Shown here one piece after another: positions 12,264-64,000 of a stretch of DNA of 64,000 nucleotides. Under the pieces are notes generated by a model. It was not told where the DNA came from, made no database searches, and saw only the letters and a program-made list of their open reading frames with translations. A program made the translations under genes and the position numbers. Positions within the stretch are counted from its first letter, which is position 1; each line of letters starts with the position of its first letter. This stretch comes from Macrostomum lignano (Eukaryota), in the NCBI GenBank assembly GCA_002269645.1, contig NIVC01002927.1, forward strand, positions 1-64,000. Reading direction: 5' to 3'.

Positions 12264-14321
12264 ATGCTGTCGCGAGGTGGTAAAAAACACCTTGGTTCAG
12301 GCCTTGGCGGCGTGAGCATCGGCATTGATGGTCGCTACATTCGCAAAGAATTGCCAACAACATTTCAACAGCCGCCAGTGCCAGATTCTGCACTGATCAG
12401 TTGCCATGGTAATAGGCAACGGCCTCTGATGCCTATTGTGCCATTGAATCATGTGACTGCTGCGCCTGCATCAACCGCAGCCGGTGAAGATCTCCTGCCT
12501 CCCGGCTGGTCCATCAACTGGACAATTCGAGGCAGGAAGTACTACATTGACCACACTAACCGCACAACATCCTGGAGCCACCCGCTGGCTAGGGAGTCTC
12601 TGCCCAGCGGCTGGGACCGGATTGAAAGTCAAGAGAAAGGCATCTACTATGTCAAGTGAGGATTCTTTCCTCTGTATCAGCCGGGATTCTTTACGATGAC
12701 TGGCCTGTCTAGCAACTGAGGATCTAAGAGGCTGGCCCAGGATTGAGGATCTGGGAGGCCTGCCTAGCAACTGAGGATCTGGGTCCTGGTAGGCTGGCCC
12801 AGCAATTGAGGATCTGGGAGGCTGACCCAGCAATTGAGGATCTGGGAGGCTGGCCCAGCAGCTGAGGATCTGGGAGGCTGGCCCAGCAATTGAGGATCTG
12901 GGAGGCTGGCCCAGCAGCTGAGGATCTGGGAGGCTGGCCCAGCAGCTGAGGATCTGGGAGGCTGGCCCAGCAACTGAGGATCTGGGAGGCTGGCCCAGCA
13001 ACCGAGGATCTGGGAGGCTGGCCCAGCAGCTGAGGATCTGAGAGGCTGGCCCAGCAACTGAGGATCTGGGAGGGCGGACCACCAAGTGCACATCTGGGAG
13101 GGTGACAATGGCCCAGTATGCAGGTCAGAAACCCAAACTTCAGAAGTGATGTCATTTACTCTCCCACTCCTCACCACTGTTGAACAGTCGAGTGGCCAGA
13201 ACGGTGCAGTACCATCACCCCGGCCTGCCATTCAACGGTATATCAGTACCCACAGCAGCTCAGCAGAAGCAGCAAATGGCCGGGCCAAAACAGACCTCCT
13301 GGTTGCTAGGCAGCGATGGAAATTCTCCTAGGCGACCGCCGCTGCCCGTTAGCGAGCCAGTGGAACCCGCAACTGTCACTGTAGAGTCATCTGGAGATCA
13401 AGCTGCAATTAAAAAGACAGGTAATTTGAATAAAATAATCACTTTTTATTAGGCAGGTACACATACTTCAGTTTAGTTTTTAAGAATAATTTCCCCACTT
13501 TTCATGTTTCCTAGAAATATTCCGTACCTATCCATGTTTCTTAGAAACGATCTAAATTCTTATACTTTTCTCAAGATCTGCTAGATTTTAGCGTTTCTTA
13601 GAATTTTCCAAGATTAGATTGTTTTTTTGTTAGAATTATCAATGAATATTTGTGTCTCTTAGAATACATGTTAAATTTTCTTTAAAAAATCGTTTAAAAT
13701 AATTAGTTTCTTAGAATCATCCATAAGTATTCATTTAGTAAAAGCGCTCTAAAGTAAGCTGCTTTTCTCAGGAATTGCCAAATTTTGAGCGTTTCTTGAA
13801 AAATCCCTAGAACGATGGTTTTTTTTTAGAATCGTCCGAAATGTTTCGCGCTTCTTAGAACCGCATTAGTGACATCGACAGACTACATCACATAGTTATG
13901 CATCATGCGAACGCGAACAAACTCACTTGGTTTCTTAGAATGGTATTCAAAATTGTTGGTTTTTGTTAGAATCGGCTCATTATTGTGCTTCTTGGAATTG
14001 GTGTTAAATTGTTGCAGTTTCTAAGAAGGCTTTTCTAAGAATCAGCTTAATATATTCTAAGAAACCTTTCCAGACCTGGAGTCGTTTCTATCCGTGTACG
14101 CCAGAGCGCCAGCAGCCTACGACAATCGAATTAATTGGGGCGCATTCTCGTCGGACGAATTGGAACGCGCATCGGACCTGCTTGGCCGAATGGCTAAACA
14201 GGAGGCCGAGTCCATTGTGGCGGCCTACGAGCGCTACAGGGTGGCGCTGATTGCCAGAAAGCGGGCAATGGAAGACTGCGGCGGATGTGCAGACTCGCAT
14301 CGTTACTCGTCGCTGCTCTGA
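12264..14321 (+). CDS. SAV1: Salvador homolog (WW-WW-SARAH Hippo scaffold); exons 12264-12655, 13188-13420, 14074-14321, about 290 aa
   Basis: N-terminus MLSR...GRYIRKE; WW1 [30 protein letters not shown]; WW2 [19 protein letters not shown]|[11 protein letters not shown] across a phase-2 intron; [23 protein letters not shown]...[20 protein letters not shown] phases are consistent; 873 nt total. Confidence 0.93.
12700..13075 (+). repeat. 28-bp minisatellite (GATCTGGGAGGCTGGCCCAGCAACTGAG), about 13 units, in SAV1 intron 1
   Basis: Period 28 read directly; the same family occurs at 56640-57905 (inverted) and 58555-58630. Confidence 0.95.
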
Positions 14322-14599
14322 TTACAATATTGTCCGCCCGGTATTTTCAGTTGCGCTCGTAAATTTCAGCTGAGTACAATAACAGATGCTCTTTTTTATC
14401 GAGTTACTTTGTAATTCTATAAGTATCTGCCTTAACTTACATTCCTTGGCGCTTTTGTCTTAAATATCGATCCAAAAGTCTCCCTAAGTCATATATATCC
14501 CTAAATATTTCTAAATCCTACCTTATAAGGTATAAGGTATAATTATAGATCTTTCCAAATTCCACACATTTTAATTTCCCTAAACTCTACCCCATAAAT

Positions 14600-15790
14600 C
14601 TCCCAAAATTTCACATTTAAATCACCCGAAATTTTACCCATATATCTCCCCAAATTTCATCCATAAATCTTCCCAAAGTTCACCTCATAAATCTCTCCAA
14701 ACTTCACACCATAAATTTCTCCAAACTTCACACCATAAATCTTCCCAAATTCTAACCATAAATGTCCCCAAATTTCCCCCCATAAATCTCCCCAAATTCC
14801 AACCATAAATGTCCCCAAATTTCCCCCCCATAAATCTCCCCAAATTCCAACCATAAATCTCCCCAAATTCCAACTATAAATCCCCCCAAATTCCAACCAT
14901 AAATCTCCCCAAATTCCAACCATAAATCTCCCCAAATTCCAACCATAAATCTCCCCAAATTCTAACTATAAATCTCCCCAAATTCCAACCATAAATCTCC
15001 CCAAATTCCAACCATAAATCTCCCCAAATTCCAACCATAAATCTCCCCAAATTCCAACCATAAATGTCCCCAAATTTCCCCCCATAAATCTCCCCAAATT
15101 CCAACCATAAATGTCCCCAAATTTCCCCCCATAAATCTCCCCAAATTCCAACCATAAATCTCCCCAAATTCCAACTATAAATCTCCCCAAATTCCAACCA
15201 TAAATCTCCCCAAATTCCAACCATAAATCTCCCCAAATTCCAACCATAAATCTCCCCAAATTCCAACCATAAATCTCCCCAAATTCCAACCATAAATCTC
15301 CCCAAATTCCAACCATAAATCTCCCCAAATTCTAACTATAAATCTCCCCAAATTCCAACCATAAATCTCCCCAAATTCCAACCATAAATCTCCCCAAATT
15401 CCAACCATAAATCTCCCCAAATTCCAACCATAAATGTCCCCAAATTTCCCCCCATAAATCTCCCCAAATTCCAACCATAAATGTCCCCAAATTTCCCCCC
15501 ATAAATCTCCCCAAATTCCAACCATAAATCTCCCCAAATTCCAACTATAAATCTCCCCAAATTCCAACCATAAATCTCCCCAAATTCCAACCATAAATCT
15601 CCCCAAATTCCAACCATAAATCTCCCCAAATTCTAACTATAAATCTCCCCAAATTCCAACCATAAATCTCCCCAAATTCCAACCAGAAATGTCCCCAAAT
15701 TTCCCCCCATAAATCTCCCCAAATTCCAACCATAAATCTCCCCAAATTCCAACCATAAATGTCCCCAAATTTCCCCCCATTAAACTCCCC
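14600..15790. repeat. 23-bp minisatellite (CCATAAATCTCCCCAAATTCCAA) with a higher-order duplication of about 370 bp
   Basis: Period 23; the variant pattern starting at 14941 recurs at 15311. Confidence 0.95.
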
Positions 15791-16519
15791 AAATTACACG
15801 TTACAAGAGCACAAAAATTCAATCAGGTTTTTATTACTCACATTTCAGCTTTTTTACTCAATAGAAACGCTGCTTGTTTTTTGCTTTAATCTATTGCATT
15901 ATTAGTAGTCTAATATGAATCTTGCAATAAAATCTAGTCGCTGAATTTCTTTTAGTTCTGCTTCACCTTCTACTGCATAATAGTAGGAGTTTATTACATG
16001 TGATTATTATTTAAATATTATTGCTATACATTTTATAATAATCTGCTGCATTCCATTTCTTTGTTCAGTTTTTTTATAACTACTTTTATGTGTACTACTA
16101 ATAAGTAGGCAGATATTTTTGTCATTAAATTTGCAATTCTGCTATGCCCAACCGCTGTGTCTTAATGCCCTGTTCTCTTCGATCGCTCGGTGATGCTAGC
16201 GCTGTCTGTCTATTGTTATTAAAGTGAACTGGAATTTTCTTTATTTTTTTCAAGTCAATATTGTGCAACAAGCAATCAGTTTATTTAGTTGACTATTCAA
16301 TGTACATGTACTGTTTTAACTAAGTTGCAAAAATAAACACGCATCTTGATGTTTATTGTTTCGGATTTTTGATTGTTAAACAGAGAATACTATTGCTAGT
16401 TTTTTAATGAAGTTTTTATTCAATTTTTAATTCAGTTTTAGTATTCGCGAATGTTTTTTTCGGGAACTATTAAGTGTGTGTAGGATGGAAACACTGAAGT
16501 TTAGTTGGGAAAAAATGGA

Positions 16520-16930
16520 CACACTGAAGGTCAGTTAGGGGATATAATTGAGCCACTGATGGTCAATTAGGGGATCGAATGGACACTGAAGGTCAATTAG
16601 GGGATCGAATGGACACTGAAGGTCATTTAGGGGATGGAATGGACACTGAAGGTCATTTAGGGGATAGAATGGACACTGAAGGTCATTTAGGGGATAGAAT
16701 GGACACTGAAAGTCACAACTGAAGGTCATTTAGGGGATAGAATGGACACTGAAGGTCAATTAGGGGATCGAATGGACCCTGAAGGTCATTTAGGGGATAG
16801 AATGGACACTCAAGGTCAAATAGGGGATAGAATGGACACTCAAGGTCAAATAGGGGATAGAATGGACACTCAAGGTCAAATAGGGGATAGAATGGACACT
16901 CAAGGTCAAATAGGGGATAGAATGGACCCA
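16520..16930. repeat. 30-bp minisatellite (GAATGGACACTGAAGGTCAATTAGGGGATC) just upstream of ZFYVE26
   Basis: Period 30; explains the MDTQGQIGDR-repeat ORF. Confidence 0.95.
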
Positions 16931-17142
16931 CTGAGGCTCAGTTGGGGCGACAGAAATGAAGGACACTGAGAAAATATTTAAAAGTTCAGTAAGATTTTGA
17001 GCAAAATTGTAAATGCGTTTGATTTCAATGCTTCAATTTCTGTAAGGCCAAAAATTAGAACTCAATTTGGGTTCCACGCGGTACAAAAGGGATACCAAAG
17101 TGCCAGAGATACTGAAGTTGTGGCTCCCGGATTGGAAAGCCA

Positions 17143-59933
<42,791 letters not shown>

Positions 59934-60159
59934 ACTTTTTGCCTTCTTAAACTACTGTTTCTGTGCCAAGTGCTTTAAAGTTTTCGTCGATCGCAGAAAA
60001 AAACTTACTTGCCAAATTTGCTCTTGTTTTTTCAGCAATAATTAGTACTTGATTGATTTTATAACCCAGTTGCTTTGACCAACTAAAGGGTTGGTTAAAG
60101 TCGATTCGGAGTCCTTTGATTTTACCGCCTCGTTGTCTTAAACAAACTAGGTGGCTAGA

Positions 60160-60720
60160 GGAAGAAGTGGCTGGCTTACTTGGTCAAATTTGGTTTATTT
60201 TTATGACCCCGTTGCCTTAATTGGTGGCTTGAGGAAGTGGCTGGCTGACTTGGTTAAAGTTGGTTAATTTTTATGACCCCGTTGCCTTAATTGGTGGCGG
60301 TTAGAGGGAGTGGCTGGCTGACTTGGTCAAAGTTGGTTAATTTTATGACCCCGTTGCCTTAATTGGTGGCTTGAGGAAGTGGCTGGCTGACTTGGTCAAA
60401 GTTGGTTAATTTTATGACCCCGTTGCCTTAATTGGTGGCGGTTAGAGGGAGTGGCTGGCTGACTTGGTCAAAGTTGGTTAATTTTATGACCCCGTTGCCT
60501 TAATTGGTGGCTTGAGGAAGTGGCTGGCTGACTTGGTCAAAGTTGGTTAATTTTATGACCCCGTTGCCTTAATTGGTGGCGGTTAGAGGGAGTGGCTGGC
60601 TGACTTGGTCAAAGTTGGTTAATTTTATGACCCCGTTGCCTTAATTGGTGGCGGTTAGAGGGAGTGGCTGGCTGACTTGGTCAAAGTGTTTATGACCCCG
60701 TTGCCTTATTTGGTGGTTGC
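60160..60720. repeat. About 70-bp minisatellite, mostly alternating 69/72-bp units, downstream of ZFYVE26
   Basis: atgacccc recurs at 60203, 60273, 60345, 60414, 60486, 60555, 60627 and 60692. Confidence 0.95.
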
Positions 60721-63438
60721 TATAGGAGTGAATGGCGGACTTAGAGATAAGGTTTCGGCCTGTGGAGGATATTTTTTATTCTATCGTTATTTGTCGATAT
60801 TCAGAGTTGTTATTATTGACTTCATTTCAGTGTAAGAATTCATTATCAAGAGAGGCTTAATCATATATCTTGTTCGGAAAAGTTACTTCAATTCCTTCAT
60901 ATCTAAATCTATCAAAAAACGATTAATATTTTATTAACTTTCTGCAATTCAAATTTGTTGCGTATCTTTCTATGATTATGATTTGCAGTACCAGTGTTCC
61001 TTTACTATTCTGGTCTGTACATGTTATCTCTTGCGTAGGTGTAAAATCTGGAGATTCTATTTATTGTGCCACAATAATAAAACCATTTCCAATAATGTTG
61101 TTTTTCGGTTGCTCTAAAACAAGTGATAATTTTGGTTTAGCGTCAGGTAAGTTCAGTTAAGATTTTTCTCCCAGATTCACTGTTAAAACGTTGCCTATTC
61201 GTATTGCACTACTGACATGTTTTTCATCAGTATTATCGAATGCGCAAATTTAATTCCAATCTACTTAAAAATGCGATGATATCCTAGAATTTCACGCAAA
61301 TTTTCGATTTTAATCTCATTTATTTTATTAGTGCTTCCCTGGTAAATAATATGTTTTTTAATCTCCACCGTAAAGAACTGAAACAGGAAAATATAGTTTT
61401 GTCCTGAGGGTTTTACTCAAAAGAAAAACTAAATTAAGTTTTTAAAATTAATTTTCCTTCATAACTAAGGATGTAAAATATAAGAACACTAAATTTTCTT
61501 AGCAATTTTCGTCTTAATAATTCACAAAATACCGACTTTCTCCATTTTTAACGACTGATTTGAACGAACGATTTTTAACGACAAAATGAGCAACTTACCT
61601 AACGCAATATCATGCAAGGACAGTTTGCACTTTTGGATAGAACTGAATTGTTACAAATCGTTTTGATATATTTGTTAGGTAAATTTCACGATTTGTTGTA
61701 ATTGAATATGCTTAAAAATCGCGGCCATTTTTGTTTAAATTGTTCGATTAACAACCCCTTGCCGCAGTGAATGAATAGTCAATTACGAGCGTAAAAATCT
61801 GAAAAAAAAATTATAGAGATAAAATGACTTGCTTACTTTTACTATGGTGGGCAAGTAATAGTTCGAATTTAAAAGTATTTCTTAAAGCACGGCAACTAGA
61901 AATTGGTGACTACTTTTTGAGTTGTTTAAATACATGCTCGAAATATAATTTTAGGTATCAAAAAATTATTAACTTAAAAATAAAAATACTGAATCTGCCA
62001 GACCACTATGCATCAATTCTTACTCGATTATCATTATAACAAATAATAGCAATATTAGATTATTATGAGCAAAATGGACAAGACAAAAATTATAAATTGA
62101 GTATTATGTTGCCACTGAGAGTTAAGTGTGGTGGAACAAGATCTGTTCAACCTAACCTAACTGTACCTCGCACAAGAAAATAGTGGAGTTAAATAAAAAA
62201 CTATTTGGGGCAAAAAGTTTTCAAGACGGATAATTGAGATAAATTAGTGTTGAGCTGCAGATTATCATAGATTCATAGAACCATACGGACTATTCTGTAC
62301 AGCCTGCACGATGAACTCCATGTAAAAAATATTTCTGAGATTCGTCAAAGAACAGAAAACTGCATGGGTTTCTAGAATCTCTACAGGGTTTAGTTTAGTT
62401 TAGTAATACAATGGGGGGGGCACAGTGAGTGCATGGCTCGAATCCTACCAATGTTTTAGTGACACGTTTTCACACTTCCTATGGCTAGCTAATAATCAAT
62501 ACACGGCAGCAGATAAAATAATATGATTCGCATGCAAATGACAGGTCTGACTGAAAATCATAAACAAGTAAGAAAATATCAAATATTGATAAATGTACAT
62601 ATAGATACACTTGCATGAATATTTCTTATAGAAAAAGTATTGTATTCCAGTTGCCATTCACAAGTAATGTAATATGTAGATTTTTTATCCAATATGTACA
62701 CCAGCTGCTTTTAGAAACTAGAAGATAAACTACAGGGTAAAGGTTAGCTTTTGTGATTTCAGTTGGATAGAAGACGGATGTACAAACAAACGCACAACAA
62801 AATATATTTAAAATAAAAGCAGAAAAAATAAGGAAACATAATTACGCAATGTACACCTTAGGAGGGCGAGAATATTGGGCGCGTTGACTGTCTCAATGGT
62901 TGATAATTGATATCTCGACAGTATCAAAAACCAAATGATTAGAAACTTATAAAACCTTACTAGCTTGTCATACACACAATACAGATTAATGCTTTTTTCA
63001 CAAGTTTAAACCGAACGAAGAAATCATTTGCCCTCTCTCACCAAGAGTTTTCTTATCACCCCGTTTGATAAGAATGTACACTAGGGTGGGCGTGGAGGAA
63101 GGGGTGTACATCGATCGATAATAAAAAGGGGTAAGAGTTGAATGTACACTGCGCTTGAACGAACCTCTATATTTGGATTGGAAGTGGGTTGCTTTTTATC
63201 TAGCCCCCACCCCCTCACCACAGGAATTCTAGGCAAACCAATCGTCACAGACCATGCAGGCCTTGTTTACAACCCACTCAAAACAAATTTAATTACTCAA
63301 AGTGCGACTATAGAGACAGACTAGAGTGGACAAAAATAAAGTAGTTACATGTAGCATGGCATGACACATGGCAATTGTTTCTTTGGTTTTAACACAGGCG
63401 TCAGTTTGTGATTGAAGCGATTTCGACAAAAGTTAGCT

Positions 63439-63743
63439 TTAATTCTCCTCGGAACTGTCGTCTGACTCCGATGGCACCTCTAGCCCCGGATGTAGAGTGA
63501 GCTGCACATTACGGTTAAGGTTAGCGGCCGGATAGAAAGTGCCTTTTAAGTCGAGGAAAGCCACTGGTCCGTGTGGCTCGTCGTTAACATAGTAGGACAG
63601 AGTGCCTTTGTCGCAGTCTAGACGCACCCCGACAATGCTGCCTTTGGCAATGCCTCCGTCGCATCGTTCAGCGTGCTCGCCGTTGTGCAAGAACCAGCTG
63701 CGCTTGAAGTCAATATACATTGACCAGCCTCGGTTATCGCGGC
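63439..63743 (-). CDS. TRIM9: Terminal exon of a TRIM9/TRIM67-like E3 ligase (C-terminal SPRY domain); rest of gene beyond the window
   Basis: GRDNRGWSMYIDFKRSWFLHNGEHAERCDGGIAKGSIVGVRLD...YYVNDEPHGPVAF...FYPAANLNRNVQLTLHPGL matches the TRIM9 SPRY end as recalled; acceptor aaaacag|GC at 63744; stop at 63439. Confidence 0.85.
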
Positions 63744-64000
63744 CTGTTTTTGGTGTTGTGTGTAATGGAAGTCCATTAAAAATGAAACGCATTTGAATTG
63801 TATTGTACTTCGGCCCAAATGCATGAAATGGTGCACAAAGACGAAAGAAGAAATAATATAGCTTTTTGCAGCCCTTATGGGCTTACGCGCATTTAATTTA
63901 ATTCAAGATACGTTTGCCAATATAAACGAGCCTTCTCGCAACCGCGTCTGAGGACTGAGACCACTGGAATGTCAGCATCTCTTCCAAGAAGTTTCAGTGT

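Noticed and set aside
63880-64000. Next upstream TRIM9 exon
   Set aside because: No minus-strand frame resembles the expected N-terminal part of the SPRY domain; treated as intron.

Overview
Eukaryotic (metazoan) genomic DNA with GC-rich exons and introns filled with tandem repeats. The style and an RTE-type LINE remnant suggest a free-living flatworm such as Macrostomum; this is inference. Genes, assembled by hand from splice sites and phases: (1) a tail-to-tail pair of CYP2-clan cytochrome P450s, with an intact 518-aa copy (+, 1393-3023) and a multiply disrupted copy (-, 3735-5364); (2) a 3-exon Hippo-pathway scaffold Salvador/SAV1 (+, 12264-14321, about 290 aa); (3) a 23-exon, about 3,030-aa ZFYVE26/spastizin (+, 17143-59933) that appears to carry a DUF547-like domain; (4) a rhodopsin-family GPCR nested antisense in spastizin intron 18; (5) the last (SPRY) exon of a TRIM9/TRIM67 homolog (-, 63439-63743). 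Mobile elements: an intact hAT-type MITE with an 8-bp TSD, an RTE LINE 3' fragment, two tail-to-tail tRNA-derived SINEs (one with a CORE domain) and short palindromic MITE-like elements. Most striking non-coding patterns: 20 of 22 spastizin introns carry tandem arrays, mostly with private units, and some arrays multiply splice-site or G-quadruplex motifs; a triple heat-shock-element module has no hsp gene next to it; and Salvador intron 2 holds ten TTCN3GAA motifs. There are no prokaryotic features or CRISPR arrays. Protein family calls rest on recalled motifs, not database searches.
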